A DNA stretch of 64,000 bases from Christensenellaceae bacterium Phil1 (GCA_001940855.1 MSGS01000031.1:86867-150866), one strand, 5' to 3'. Shown: positions 1 to 12,015, numbered from the stretch's first letter. A program made the numbers and translations. Notes: generated from the letters alone by a model not told the origin.

Positions 1-471
1 GAAAGCCTTGGTTTCCACCGCTATGAGATATCAAACTACGCTAAAGAAGGCTATGAGTCGCGCCATAATCTGAATTACTGGAATAACGGCGAATATGTGG
101 GCCTTGGGCTAAATTCGCACTCGGCAATGCATATTGGCGGCAAATGGCTGCGCTGGGCGAACAAAAGCGAATTTGAAGAATACCTTGCGGACACAGACGA
201 GGGCAAGCGCCCGCTTGCGGACGAACCGCAAACGATAGAACGCGCGGAGGAAATGTTTGAATGCGTTATGCTGGGGCTTAGGAAAACGGCGGGCATAACC
301 AACGGCGAATTTGAAGCGCGCTTCGGCGAAAGCCTGTTCACAACGTTTTCAAAGGCTATAGCGCAGCTTGACGAAAACGGACTGCTTATAAAAACGGCGG
401 ACGGCATACGGCTAAACGACAGGGGACTTGACATAGAAAACCTTGCGCTTATGCCGTTTATGGAGGATTAA
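1..471 (+). CDS. hemW: Radical-SAM heme chaperone HemW / coproporphyrinogen-III-oxidase-like protein, C-terminal part (5' end lies outside the window)
   Basis: Frame 1 is open from base 1 (ESLGFHRYEISNYAKEGYESRHNLNYWNNGEYVGLG...). The YEISNYA..G..S.HN..YW block and the HemN_C-like tail are typical of HemW. The gene sits directly upstream of hrcA, as in the Firmicute lepA-hemW-hrcA-grpE-dnaK-dnaJ arrangement. Confidence 0.75.
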   Translation, partial: ESLGFHRYEISNYAKEGYESRHNLNYWNNGEYVGLGLNSHSAMHIGGKWLRWANKSEFEEYLADTDEGKRPLADEPQTIERAEEMFECVMLGLRKTAGITNGEFEARFGESLFTTFSKAIAQLDENGLLIKTADGIRLNDRGLDIENLALMPFMED

Positions 472-569
472 ATACAAATGTAAGAGCGGTGCATTGAGTA
501 TCGCTCTTTTTATAATAATTCCATCAAGTTAATGTTTCCGTTTTGTCACAAAGGATACGCCCTTGTACC

Positions 570-598
570 TTGACTATAATGCAAGGTGGTACTATACT
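570..598 (+). promoter_or_regulatory. SigmaA-type promoter of the hrcA-grpE-dnaK-dnaJ operon
   Basis: TTGACT (570-575), a 17-nt spacer, then TATACT (593-598). It lies immediately upstream of the CIRCE operator. Confidence 0.55.
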
Positions 599-609
599 TT
601 AACCATAAG

Positions 610-636
610 TTAGCACTCGATGAAGATGAGTGCTAA
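610..636 (+). promoter_or_regulatory. CIRCE operator (HrcA binding site)
   Basis: Exact match to the consensus inverted repeat TTAGCACTC-N9-GAGTGCTAA: ttagcactc gatgaagat gagtgctaa. It lies between the promoter and the hrcA start. Confidence 0.93.
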
Positions 637-682
637 CAAGAGCAAAGCGGAGCGAACCGTGGCGAAAGGAGGCGGTGAACAA

Positions 683-1723
683 ATGGAGCTTGACGCAAGA
701 AAGATGCGCATTCTTCAGGCGATAATAGACGATTATATTCTCACCGCGTCGCCCGTAGGTTCTCGTACCATTGCAAAAAGTACGGACATCGGCCTTTCGA
801 GCGCAACGATACGCAACGAAATGAGCGATTTGGAGGAGATGGGCTTCCTTGAGCAGCCGCATACCTCCGCGGGAAGGATACCTTCCGATAAGGCGTACAG
901 ACTGTATGTGGACAGCATAATGCGCCGTTCCCAGCTGAGCCGGGATGAATTGAGCTTTATCAGCGAACACTATTCAAAAAAGCTTGGCGAAGTGGACGAC
1001 ATTGTGAAGCAAACAGCCTTCGTGCTTTCCAGCGTAACGCGCTATGCATCCATGGTGCTTTCACCGCGGCTGCATACGGCAAGGCTGAGGTACATACACT
1101 TGGTCGGCCTTGGCGAAGGGAAGGCGCTGCTGCTTATCGTTACCGATTCCGGTCTTACGCGGGATTCACTGATACGGATCCCTTACGGAATGGAGCAGAG
1201 TGAGCTTGAGCGTATATCGCTTATGCTAAACGCTAAGCTTTCCGATTGCAGGCTGGATGATATAATGGCAAGCCGCATGGATGATATTGCCGGAGAGTTG
1301 GGCGAGCATGCTCGGTTCCTCAACTCGATAATAAAATCGCTTGGCGAAAGCCTTGAGCAGAAAGCGAAGCGGGTTGAATTGAGCGGAGCGATGAACCTGC
1401 TCAGCTTGCCGGAATACAGCGACGTGGACCGCGCAAAGGACATATTGAGCGTTATGGAAAAGGGCGATGCGCTTTACGAAATGCTCAAAGGCCGCGAGGA
1501 CGTTGAATTCACTATTAAGATAGGGCATGAAAACGAACTTAGCAGCATGAAGGACTGCAGCGTTGTTACCGCAACGTATAAAATAGGTTCGGAGCCGATA
1601 GGCACGTTCGGCGTGATAGGGCCGACGAGAATGAACTATCCAAAGGTGCTGGCCGTTATGGGTCACATCGGAAGAACATTGAGCGAAACGCTTACAAATA
1701 TGCTTGATGAGGAGCGTAAATAG
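683..1723 (+). CDS. hrcA: Heat-inducible transcription repressor HrcA
   Basis: MELDARKMRILQAIIDDYILTASPVGSRTIAK... is a typical HrcA N-terminal winged helix. The start is taken at ATG 683, preceded by GAAAGGAGG. The track start at 620 lies inside the CIRCE element. Confidence 0.93.
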   Translation: MELDARKMRILQAIIDDYILTASPVGSRTIAKSTDIGLSSATIRNEMSDLEEMGFLEQPHTSAGRIPSDKAYRLYVDSIMRRSQLSRDELSFISEHYSKKLGEVDDIVKQTAFVLSSVTRYASMVLSPRLHTARLRYIHLVGLGEGKALLLIVTDSGLTRDSLIRIPYGMEQSELERISLMLNAKLSDCRLDDIMASRMDDIAGELGEHARFLNSIIKSLGESLEQKAKRVELSGAMNLLSLPEYSDVDRAKDILSVMEKGDALYEMLKGREDVEFTIKIGHENELSSMKDCSVVTATYKIGSEPIGTFGVIGPTRMNYPKVLAVMGHIGRTLSETLTNMLDEERK

Positions 1724-1726
1724 AAA

Positions 1727-2302
1727 TTGGCTAAGAAGAAAGAGAATCCTCCCGTAGAGGAGAAAAAGACCGGCGAAGCTGAGAAGGCCGCCAATACCGC
1801 CGCCGAAAGCGAAATTCCAGAAAGCGTAACGTTGACGAGGGACGAGTTTAAGCAGGTAAAGGAGCGTATAGATCAGCTTGAAAAGGAAAAGGAGAGCGAT
1901 GTTGCGCTGCTGCAGCGGCTGCAGGCGGACTTTGACAACTATCGCCGCAGGAATGCTTCCATAGCGGCAGACAGCTTGGATGAGGGCGAGCGCAATTTGA
2001 TAAAAGCTCTGCTACCGGTGCTGGATAATTTCGACAGGGCGCTTGCCGCCGTGCCGGAGGATGAAAAAACGGCATGGGTGGACGGAATGAAGCTTGTTTC
2101 CAAGCAGCTTTACGAAACGCTCTACAAGGCCGGGCTTGAAGAAATTCAGGCGGAAGGCCAGTTCGATCCCGAGCTTCACGACGCCGTGATGCAGGAGGAG
2201 AACGAAGATAAGGAAAGCGGCGAGATTATAGACGTTTTCCAAAAGGGTTACAAAGTTAAAAATCGCATAATTCGCCACAGCATGGTGAAGGTTGCGAAAT
2301 AA
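1727..2302 (+). CDS. grpE: Nucleotide exchange factor GrpE
   Basis: LQADFDNYRRR...LLPVLDNFDRA...VFQKGYK...RHSMVKV are GrpE signature blocks. TTG start. Position is between hrcA and dnaK. Confidence 0.93.
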   Translation: MAKKKENPPVEEKKTGEAEKAANTAAESEIPESVTLTRDEFKQVKERIDQLEKEKESDVALLQRLQADFDNYRRRNASIAADSLDEGERNLIKALLPVLDNFDRALAAVPEDEKTAWVDGMKLVSKQLYETLYKAGLEEIQAEGQFDPELHDAVMQEENEDKESGEIIDVFQKGYKVKNRIIRHSMVKVAK

Positions 2303-2336
2303 TAAATAAGAATTGAGATTTTTCAGGAGGAAATAG

Positions 2337-4190
<1,854 letters not shown>

Positions 4191-4289
4191 GCATAACGCT
4201 TAAATAGCAAGATATTTTGCATAATGCGGGGGCGATTTTGCGGTCGCCCTCCGCGTTGTGCGTTGTAAGAAGATAAGGAGTTGGGGACA

Positions 4290-5462
4290 GTGAAGGAAGA
4301 TTATTACGAGCTGCTTGGCGTGAACAAAAACGCAACCGACGACGAGATTAAAAGCGCCTTCCGCAAGCTGGCGAAGCAATATCATCCAGACCTGCACAAG
4401 GGGGCGGACAAGGAAGAGGCCGAGGCTAAATTTAAGCAAATAAACGAAGCCTACGAAGTGCTATCCGATAAAGAAAAGCGTGCTAAATATGACCAGTTTG
4501 GTCATGCAGCATTCGATCCGGCTGCGGGTGCGGGCGGATACGGCGGATACAGCACGGGCGGCTTTGGCGATTACAGCGATATTTTTGACAGCATATTCGG
4601 CGGTGGATTTGGCGGTTTCGGCGGCGCGCGTCAGCAAACGCGCAACGGCCCCGTCCGCGGCAACGATTTGAAATATAACCTTACGCTCACCTTTGAGGAA
4701 GCGGCGTTCGGTACGAAGAAAGAAATATTGGTTCCGCGTGAAGAAAACTGCCCTGAATGCGGCGGCACGGGCGCAAAGCCCGGCTCCACGCCCACCAAAT
4801 GCTCCGCCTGCGGCGGTACGGGTCAGGTTCGTGTGCAGCAGAACACGATGTTCGGCTCATTCTCAACCGTGCGCACATGCGAAGCGTGCAACGGCACGGG
4901 CAAGATAATAAGCGATCCCTGTACGCATTGCAAGGGGCGCGGCCGCGTGAACAAGAGTAACCGCATAAGCGTGACCATCCCTGCCGGCATAAACAACGGC
5001 CAAACGCTTACCATGCGCGGCGAGGGTGAAGCCGGTATTCGCGGCGGTGCGAACGGCGATCTTTACATCGGAATAAATGTAAGGCCGCATAAGCTTTTCA
5101 GCCGCAAGGGCTATGACCTGTATTTGGATATAAACATCCCCATGACTACGGCAGCGCTCGGCGGCGAAATACAGGTGCCTACGCTTAAGGGCAGCGTTAA
5201 ATATAACGTGCCGCAGGGTACTCAGCCCGGCACAACGTTCAGGCTTAAAGAGCAGGGCGTACAGAAGCTGAATGCTGCCGGGAAGGGCGATTTGTTCGTG
5301 CGCGTAAACGTGCAGATACCCAAGCGGCTGAACGAAGAACAGCGCGAACTGCTTGAAAAGCTGGCAGAGGCCATGGGCGATCGTACCACAAACACGCCGA
5401 AGCCCATGAAGCGCACCATAATCGAAAAGATGAAGGACAAGTTCAGCCAGGACGACAGATAA
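4290..5462 (+). CDS. dnaJ: Co-chaperone DnaJ
   Basis: J-domain (DYYELLGV...HPD), a G/F-rich region, and four CxxCxGxG zinc-finger repeats. GTG 4290 lies 9 nt after AAGGAG. The track start TTG 4281 abuts the RBS and is unlikely. Confidence 0.93.
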   Translation: MKEDYYELLGVNKNATDDEIKSAFRKLAKQYHPDLHKGADKEEAEAKFKQINEAYEVLSDKEKRAKYDQFGHAAFDPAAGAGGYGGYSTGGFGDYSDIFDSIFGGGFGGFGGARQQTRNGPVRGNDLKYNLTLTFEEAAFGTKKEILVPREENCPECGGTGAKPGSTPTKCSACGGTGQVRVQQNTMFGSFSTVRTCEACNGTGKIISDPCTHCKGRGRVNKSNRISVTIPAGINNGQTLTMRGEGEAGIRGGANGDLYIGINVRPHKLFSRKGYDLYLDINIPMTTAALGGEIQVPTLKGSVKYNVPQGTQPGTTFRLKEQGVQKLNAAGKGDLFVRVNVQIPKRLNEEQRELLEKLAEAMGDRTTNTPKPMKRTIIEKMKDKFSQDDR

Positions 5463-5473
5463 TAAAGCATACT

Positions 5474-5506
5474 AAAAGGCCGGGATATTCTCCCGACCTT
5501 TTGCTG
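5474..5506. terminator. Putative bidirectional intrinsic terminator between dnaJ and the HIT gene
   Basis: aaaaGGCCGGGAtattcTCCCGACCtttt: an 8-bp stem with one mismatch, flanked by A-run and T-run, between convergent genes. Confidence 0.5.
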
Positions 5507-5522
5507 CACGTTAAGTGTAATA

Positions 5523-5858
5523 CTATCCCGGAGGCCACTGAAACTCACGCCCGCCGAGAAGATGAATATGCAGATGGTTAACGCTCTGTCCGCCGTCCTT
5601 GCCCGTATTTATAACAAGGCGGAAGCCTGCCTTTATGCCAAGCTGTTCGGCAACAGAGGATGCAACCTGCATAAGATGGCCCATGAGCGCGCCATCGTCA
5701 ACCATGGTAACGTTATCATAATGCTTCTTGGGCACTATCAAAACATGTACTGGCGCCTGCGGCTCAAGGTCATAGAAAGCTATCGCCTTGTCATCCTCGT
5801 ATACCTTTTTGGAAGGTATTTCGCCAGAGGCTATTTTGCAGAAAATGCAATTCTCCAT
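5523..5858 (-). CDS. Histidine triad (HIT) family nucleotide hydrolase
   Basis: MENCIFCKIASGEIP...VNHLHIHLLGG carries the HxHxHxx HIT motif. The start is taken at the internal ATG (M12 of the track ORF). Confidence 0.85.
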   Translation of the reverse strand: MENCIFCKIASGEIPSKKVYEDDKAIAFYDLEPQAPVHVLIVPKKHYDNVTMVDDGALMGHLMQVASSVAEQLGIKAGFRLVINTGKDGGQSVNHLHIHLLGGREFQWPPG

Positions 5859-5887
5859 TTTGTTATGGTTCCTCCTTCCGTATAAAA

Positions 5888-7192
5888 TCAAATTTGCTTT
5901 ATAATACCCGTCGCCCCGAAGCGGTTGTATCCGCTTATCGTAACGGGAACGATGGTGTTTATAAGCTTAGCGCCGTTCGGCTTTACGCCTACTTTAACGT
6001 ATGTGTCGGTATGTCCCCAAATAAGGCCGTTCTTTTCTTCTTCAAAAAGCACATCCTGCTTTGTATCGACAAGGGATGAAATAAACTCGCCTTCAAGCTG
6101 CCTTGAAACAGCGATCAGCCGCTTTGCCCTTTCGTGCTTTTCGGCGGAGGACAGCTGATTCGGCATGCTGTATGCGGGCGTGCCCTTGCGGCGCGAATAT
6201 GGGAACACGTGGATTTTTGAAAGCTTCTGTTTCTGTACGAACGCCATCGATTCTTCAAACTCCTCTTCGGTTTCGCCGGGGAAGCCGACTATAACGTCCG
6301 TGGTTATTGCGCAAAGGGGCATGGCCTGCCTAAGGCGGGCTACGCAGTCCGCATAAAGGGCGGGGGAGTAGCGGCGGTTCATGCGCTGCAGCACACTTTC
6401 GCTGCCGCTTTGCAGTGAAAGATGGAACTGGCGGCATACAAGTCCGCTTTCGCTTACGGTCTTTATGAACTCATCGCTCAAAAGCTGCGGTTCAAGCGAG
6501 CCTAAGCGTATACGGACTATGTTTTTCAGCCCTTCCGCCTGCTTTATGGCGTCACTCAGCGTTATTGCGCCGCGCTTGTCCTTACCGTAGGACATAAGAT
6601 GTATGCCCGTAAGCACTACTTCGCGGTAACCTTCATTATCCAGCAGTTCAAGCTGATGCCGTACATCTTCAAGCGAACGGCTCCTTACCGGGCCGCGGGC
6701 ATAGGGGATTATGCAGTATGCACAATATCTGTCGCATCCATCCTCTATTTTTAGATAAGCGCGCGTGCGCCCTTCGCGGCTCACGCTTAGGTTTTCAAAT
6801 TCATCCTTTGGCCCGTGCGGCGTAACGGCGGAGGTTTTATCGCCGGCGTTTTCAGCAATGAGCTTTTCTGCCAGCTCAACTATCCTGCTGCGTTCGCTTG
6901 TGCCGAGTACCAACGCTACTCCTGGCAGGCTCAGCGCTTCTTCGGGCGCCGTCTGCGCGTAGCAGCCGGTTATTATAAGCTTTGCATCAGGACAGAGCGA
7001 ATGCGCGCGGGAGGCCATCTGGCGGGATTTTTTATCCCCTGTTGAGGTGACAGTGCAGGTGTTTATAACATAAACATCCGCAATATCATCAAAGTCAACA
7101 GCCGTGTGGCCGGCGTTTATGAACATTTCGCGCATGGCGTCGGTATCATATTGATTTACTTTGCAGCCAAGCGTGCAGAATGCAACCTTCAT
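5888..7192 (-). CDS. mtaB: tRNA (N6-threonylcarbamoyladenosine37) methylthiotransferase MtaB
   Basis: Has a UPF0004 N-domain (MKVAFCTLGCKVNQYD), a radical-SAM CDRYCAYC motif and a TRAM-like C-terminus. Position in the prmA-rsmE-mtaB cluster is typical for MtaB. Confidence 0.85.
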   Translation of the reverse strand: MKVAFCTLGCKVNQYDTDAMREMFINAGHTAVDFDDIADVYVINTCTVTSTGDKKSRQMASRAHSLCPDAKLIITGCYAQTAPEEALSLPGVALVLGTSERSRIVELAEKLIAENAGDKTSAVTPHGPKDEFENLSVSREGRTRAYLKIEDGCDRYCAYCIIPYARGPVRSRSLEDVRHQLELLDNEGYREVVLTGIHLMSYGKDKRGAITLSDAIKQAEGLKNIVRIRLGSLEPQLLSDEFIKTVSESGLVCRQFHLSLQSGSESVLQRMNRRYSPALYADCVARLRQAMPLCAITTDVIVGFPGETEEEFEESMAFVQKQKLSKIHVFPYSRRKGTPAYSMPNQLSSAEKHERAKRLIAVSRQLEGEFISSLVDTKQDVLFEEEKNGLIWGHTDTYVKVGVKPNGAKLINTIVPVTISGYNRFGATGIIKQI

Positions 7193-7926
7193 GCTTCGCC
7201 CTCCATGTGATACATTATTATTGCGGTTATAGCAGGGCCTGCCGTTTCCGTGCGCAGTATCCTGTGTCCAAGTGAAAAGGATTGCGCGCCGAGTGAGGCA
7301 AAAAGCTTTGCTTCTTCGTCGCTTATGCCGCCTTCAGGTCCGATTATCACGCCTACGCGCTTTATGTTGCCATCCAATGCATCAAGCACATTCTTTATTG
7401 AATGCTCGCTTTCAAGTTCGTATGCGAGCAGCAGCGCATCGAACGCGGCAGGGTCTATCTCCTTAGGCTCTATCAGCCCGCCTACGCGCGGGATAACGCC
7501 GCGGCGCGATTGCTTTGATGCTTCCATTGCAACGCGCTGATAACGCTCCAACTTCTTGCCGAAGTCTTTCTTGCTCAGCCTTACAACGCTGCGTTCCATC
7601 GCCACGGGAACTACCTCGCTTATGCCAAGCTCAACGCATTTTTGTATTATGGTTTCAAGCTTGCCTGCCTTAGGCAGCCCTTGGAACAGCGTAAGGGAGC
7701 ATTGCGGTTCCGTAAGCGCAGTGGAGGAGGAGAGTATGTCAAAGTGTACCTCAGCCTTGCTTATTGCGGTTATTCTGGCGTGGTAATCCATACCAATGCC
7801 GTCGCACAGCATAACTTTATCCCCGGTCCTAAGCCTTAATACGGAAGAAATATGCTTAACATCCTCCCCGTAAAGCACGGCGGAAGAATCGGTTATATTC
7901 TCTTTCTCTACAAAGAAGCGGTTCAT
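7189..7926 (-). CDS. rsmE: 16S rRNA (uracil1498-N3)-methyltransferase RsmE
   Basis: MNRFFVEKE...HISSVLRLR.GD..., with C-terminal GPEGG.S..E and LG.RILRTETA (SPOUT knot). Overlaps the neighbouring genes by 4 nt. Confidence 0.88.
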   Translation of the reverse strand: MNRFFVEKENITDSSAVLYGEDVKHISSVLRLRTGDKVMLCDGIGMDYHARITAISKAEVHFDILSSSTALTEPQCSLTLFQGLPKAGKLETIIQKCVELGISEVVPVAMERSVVRLSKKDFGKKLERYQRVAMEASKQSRRGVIPRVGGLIEPKEIDPAAFDALLLAYELESEHSIKNVLDALDGNIKRVGVIIGPEGGISDEEAKLFASLGAQSFSLGHRILRTETAGPAITAIIMYHMEGEA

Positions 7927-8894
7927 GTGCGTTTCTCCGCCAATATGGCGCGCCAGTCTCCGCCGCGGCGTATTTCAAGTATGCTCAGCCCTGCGGCGGT
8001 CAATGCGGCGGCGACTTCTTCCTCGCGCGTGTCTATTATGCCGGAGGTTATAAATTTGCCGCCTTCTTCAAGCAGCTTCGCGGCATACGGCGCAAGCGCG
8101 ATTATTACGGAAGCCACTATGTTTGCAGTAACTATCGGGTAGCGCTTGGCTTCTATTTTTTCACGCAGTGCGCTGTCGGTCAGTACGTCTCCTGTAAGCA
8201 CGGTATAGCGGTCCTTGCCTATGCCGTTGAGCGCGGCGTTTTCATATGCTATGGTTTCGGCTATCGGGTCTATATCCACGGCTATAGCGTCCTTTGCGCC
8301 CAGTATAAGCGCGGCTATGGACAGTATTCCGCTGCCGCAGCCAAGATCAACCACACTGTCGCCTTCTTTAACGAGTTCGTCTATGTATTCAAGGCACATG
8401 CGCGTGGTGGGGTGCGAACCCGTGCCGAACGCCATGCCGGGGTCGAGCGACAATACGCGCCTGCCTTGGGCGTCGTATTCATCTTCCCACGACGGCCTTA
8501 CGAGCAGATGCTTACCGACCGGAAAGGGCTTATATGCTTCCTTCCATGCGTTGAGCCATACGGAATCATCAACCGTTTGCACTATCATGTTAAGGCTGCC
8601 CATATCAAAGCCGAGAGCCATACCCTTCAATTCCGCAAGCGATGCTTTAAGCGTGGCAACGGCAGCGTCCGCCGCGTCATCATCGTCAATATATGCCTTT
8701 ACGCAGGGTTCGGCCGCGCAAAGCTCGTCCATGTCCGCAAAGTCCCAATATTTTGCGCTTTTCTGCAAAAAGTCGGCTATTTCTTCGCGGCCCTGAACTA
8801 TTTCAAGCTGCTCCATGCCCAACATTGAAAGGCGTGCGCACACGGCGTCCAGCCCTGCCTCGGTAGTGAATACGGAAATCTCTTTATACTTCAT
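7923..8894 (-). CDS. prmA: Ribosomal protein L11 methyltransferase PrmA
   Basis: WKEAYKPFPVG...DPGMAFGTGSHPTT..C...DLGCGSGILSIAA are PrmA and SAM-binding motifs. Confidence 0.9.
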   Translation of the reverse strand: MKYKEISVFTTEAGLDAVCARLSMLGMEQLEIVQGREEIADFLQKSAKYWDFADMDELCAAEPCVKAYIDDDDAADAAVATLKASLAELKGMALGFDMGSLNMIVQTVDDSVWLNAWKEAYKPFPVGKHLLVRPSWEDEYDAQGRRVLSLDPGMAFGTGSHPTTRMCLEYIDELVKEGDSVVDLGCGSGILSIAALILGAKDAIAVDIDPIAETIAYENAALNGIGKDRYTVLTGDVLTDSALREKIEAKRYPIVTANIVASVIIALAPYAAKLLEEGGKFITSGIIDTREEEVAAALTAAGLSILEIRRGGDWRAILAEKRT

Positions 8895-9025
8895 CAGCTT
8901 ACTCCATTTCTGTTATCAACTGATATGATATTACATTTTGGCATTGTTCGCAACCGCATTCGGTTGATTACTCAAAGGCTGTATGGTAGAATTTGCTAAA
9001 TAAGAGCATCTGGGGGACAGAAACT

Positions 9026-9484
9026 ATGGAAATAGGTTCGTTTGAAATAAGAAAAGTCGATAAGGATACGGAACTTGCTGAAAGGCTGTTGGACTTCGTT
9101 GAAAACTTTTCGTGGGAAGAAGTAAAAGAACACACCGTAATGATGATAAAAAACTGGAGATTTACGGACTGGGAGACTATGTTTGCCGCAATAGCGGACG
9201 GCACAATCGTTGGCATGGCATCGTTTATGAAAACGGACTATTATCCGCTGCCGGAAATATACCCGTGGATATCGACCATATTTGTTTCCGAAGAATACCG
9301 CGGACACAGAATAAGCCAAAGGCTGATAGACTTTGCCAATGATTATGCCAAGGTGTGCGGCTTTGACGTGACGTATATACCTTCCGAGCATGTTGGGCTT
9401 TATGAAAAGTTTGGCTATAGCTACGTTAAGGACATTGTAAACTACGGAAACGGAGCGGACAGGCTGTATTTTAAGCGAATATGA
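9026..9484 (+). CDS. GNAT family N-acetyltransferase
   Basis: The acetyl-CoA motif region is IFVSEEYRGHRISQRLIDFA..., and the size is about 150 aa. The start is taken at ATG 9026, after GGGGGA. Confidence 0.6.
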   Translation: MEIGSFEIRKVDKDTELAERLLDFVENFSWEEVKEHTVMMIKNWRFTDWETMFAAIADGTIVGMASFMKTDYYPLPEIYPWISTIFVSEEYRGHRISQRLIDFANDYAKVCGFDVTYIPSEHVGLYEKFGYSYVKDIVNYGNGADRLYFKRI

Positions 9485-9501
9485 TCGCAGTGAACAAAAT
9501 A

Positions 9502-9546
9502 AAACCTCCGCATGATTTATGATATGCGGAGGTTTGTGCTTTTTTG
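9502..9546. terminator. Bidirectional intrinsic terminator (GNAT gene / DUF1002 gene)
   Basis: AAACCTCCGCAT-gatttatgat-ATGCGGAGGTTT, a 12-bp stem followed by a T-run and preceded by an A-run. Confidence 0.8.
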
Positions 9547-9551
9547 GTTGA

Positions 9552-10436
9552 TTACTTATTGCCGCCGAAAAGACGGGTGAAGAAATTGCCTACGGAGGAG
9601 AAGAAGTTCTTTATGCTTTCGCCTATCTTGCTGACGGTCTGGCCAATTTTACCGGCGTTATCGACCGTTTTGGCTATGCCTACAAGCTTATCCTTCAACT
9701 CATCCGTATCCAGCTTTTCAAGGCTACGGCAAAGGGACACAAGTTGGTTCTTCTGCGAATCGTTAAGGTAAACGTTGTAGGTTTCGCAAAGCTTATCTAT
9801 TTCGGCCTTAACTTCTTCGTCGGTCATGGTCTGGGTCTGGTCAAGTATCTCTTTAAGCCCGTTTACAAGCTGCGTGGCTTCCTCGCTGCCTATGTATTCG
9901 GCCAGATTGCCGGTGGTTATAAGTTCTTCAACGCCGACTGCCTTGGCGATCTCATTAAGGCTTGAACCGGTTATGTCCTCATACGCCTTGTATATGCCCG
10001 TGAGTGCAGCCGTGCCGGATACGTCAAACGGCGCGGTGACTATCACCTTTGCATCGGTTATGCCGGCGGTGGTCAGCGCATTGATATACATTTCGGAAGT
10101 GCACCAGTTGATATGCTTTGTGGTTATCTGCAATCCGCTGCCGGGCTCGCCAATCACTATATATGTGCAGGAAAGCGCAACCTTACCTATTTTCTTTTCG
10201 GGCGCTATGCCTTCAAGATAGGCGCGCTCATCGGCGTTGGTAACGGTTATTTCTATCGCGTCGCCGGGTTCAATGCCAAAGTCCGCATAAACCTTGGTGC
10301 GCTCTTCCGCGTCAAGGTCTGCGCCTATGGTAACGCGCGCATCGCCCTGTTCCATGGCCGTTGCGCCAGTGGGCAGCATGCAAAGCAGCATGCATACCGC
10401 CATAGCTAATGATAATATTTTCTTTTTCATAAACAA
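9552..10436 (-). CDS. Secreted DUF1002-family protein
   Basis: Signal peptide MFMKKKILSLAMAVCMLLCMLPTGATA. The block VTIGADLDAEERTKVYADFGI...ITVTNADERAYLEG resembles DUF1002 extracellular proteins. This assignment is from memory. Confidence 0.65.
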   Translation of the reverse strand: MFMKKKILSLAMAVCMLLCMLPTGATAMEQGDARVTIGADLDAEERTKVYADFGIEPGDAIEITVTNADERAYLEGIAPEKKIGKVALSCTYIVIGEPGSGLQITTKHINWCTSEMYINALTTAGITDAKVIVTAPFDVSGTAALTGIYKAYEDITGSSLNEIAKAVGVEELITTGNLAEYIGSEEATQLVNGLKEILDQTQTMTDEEVKAEIDKLCETYNVYLNDSQKNQLVSLCRSLEKLDTDELKDKLVGIAKTVDNAGKIGQTVSKIGESIKNFFSSVGNFFTRLFGGNK

Positions 10437-10569
10437 GTCCTCCTTTAGCTTCCCGCAAGGGATCTAACGGATTAGATTATACCACATTTTTTATTGAGAC
10501 GTATTAACAGGATGTGAAATTTGGCAATGCTAAAGCCCCAATTTTTGCCATAATATGGCGCTTTGGCGC

Positions 10570-10609
10570 ATAAAAATGCCCGCCGCGGGCTTTTCGCCTG
10601 AGACGGGCA
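10570..10609 (-). terminator. Intrinsic terminator downstream of the amino-acid permease gene
   Basis: On the minus strand: ATGCCCG...CGGGCAT followed by TTTTTAT. Confidence 0.5.
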
Positions 10610-10632
10610 TAGTTTTGGTTGTTCAGACAGCT

Positions 10633-12015
10633 TTACGCCTTCTTGGCATAATGCTTGCGGGTAAGTATGTAGATAGGCAGACCGATAAGGGTCACGGCTA
10701 TGCTGCCCAGGGAGAGCAGGGTGGCCTTGGTGCCGCTGAGGAACAGCTGACTTACCATAACATACAGACCGCTGACGATGGCCAGTATGGGGATAACGGG
10801 GTAAAGGGGAACCTTGTACTTGCGGTCAAGGTTCGGCTGCTTGCGGCGCAGAGTCATTACGCACGCGAAGGTCAGAGTGTAGAATATCCAGCAGGAGAAT
10901 ACCGCAAGGTCGGTCAGCATATCAAACTGCTGAGTGATGGAATACAGGCAGCCCAGGAAACCGACCAGTATGATGGAGTTGGTGGGAACGGAGTTCTTGT
11001 TCAGCTTGGCAAAAGCGCCGCTGAAGGGGATGGACTGAGTTTCGCCAAGGTAGTAGGCAACGCGGGAGCCGGAAAGCAGGAAGCCGTTTGCCGCACCTAT
11101 AACGGAAATTATGATACCAACCTTTACCAGCGTGCCGCCGACAGGCCCGAATATCCTCATGGCAACTTCGGCCGCGGGGGACTGATAGTTCATCAGTTCA
11201 TCGGCGGGGATGACCCACAGATAAGCCATATTGATTATGAAGTAAACGGCCATTATGATGGACACGCCGCCAACGATAGCGCGGGGCAGGTCGCGGCCGG
11301 GGTTCTTCATTTCGCCGGCGATAGCGCCAACGTTGGTCCAGCCTTCAAACGCGAACAGAACCGCTATAAGCGTCTGGCCAAGTACTGCGCCGGTGCTCAG
11401 CTGCGCGCCGGTGGCGGGATCGTTACCGACCATGGGGGTGAATATGGGGTGTCCGCCTTCGCCGAGTATGAAGCCGAAGATCATCAGCAGTACCAGCGGG
11501 ATAAGCTTGCAGATGGTGGAAACTATCTGCACACCGGAAGCGGTCTTATTGCCAAGGGTGTTGATGGCAACAAGAATGATTATAACGGCCATGCCTATTG
11601 GCAGCGCGTACTGGGAACCGACATATTCGGCCAGCTCCTGACCAACACGCACGCCGTAACCGGCAAGGAAGGCAGGGTAGAATATGATTACCTGCATCCA
11701 ACCGGCAAGGAAGCCGATCTTATCGTTGTAAACTTCGCCAAGATAGGTGACCATGCCGCCGGTCTTGGGGATGAGCACTGCGACCTCGGCAAACGTGAGT
11801 GCGCCGAGAATGCTTGCTACGCCGCCGATTATCCATGCGAGCATACCCATGCCGGGCGCGCCGCCGGTGGCCTGATAGATGGCGTAAGGCTTAAAGAATA
11901 CGCCTGCGCCTATGACGCAGCCGACAACGATAGACATTGCGGACATTACGCCAAGGTTCTTTTTGAGTCCTTGCTTTTCCATTGTTAATGAAACCCTCTC
12001 TGTCTTTTTTAACAA
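10633..12015 (-). CDS. APC-superfamily amino acid permease
   Basis: A hydrophobic protein of about 12 TM segments with N-terminal LKKNLGVMSAMSIVVGCVIGAGVFFKP, typical of amino-acid/polyamine permeases. An alternative start is ATG 11982. Confidence 0.85.
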   Translation of the reverse strand: MLKKTERVSLTMEKQGLKKNLGVMSAMSIVVGCVIGAGVFFKPYAIYQATGGAPGMGMLAWIIGGVASILGALTFAEVAVLIPKTGGMVTYLGEVYNDKIGFLAGWMQVIIFYPAFLAGYGVRVGQELAEYVGSQYALPIGMAVIIILVAINTLGNKTASGVQIVSTICKLIPLVLLMIFGFILGEGGHPIFTPMVGNDPATGAQLSTGAVLGQTLIAVLFAFEGWTNVGAIAGEMKNPGRDLPRAIVGGVSIIMAVYFIINMAYLWVIPADELMNYQSPAAEVAMRIFGPVGGTLVKVGIIISVIGAANGFLLSGSRVAYYLGETQSIPFSGAFAKLNKNSVPTNSIILVGFLGCLYSITQQFDMLTDLAVFSCWIFYTLTFACVMTLRRKQPNLDRKYKVPLYPVIPILAIVSGLYVMVSQLFLSGTKATLLSLGSIAVTLIGLPIYILTRKHYAKKA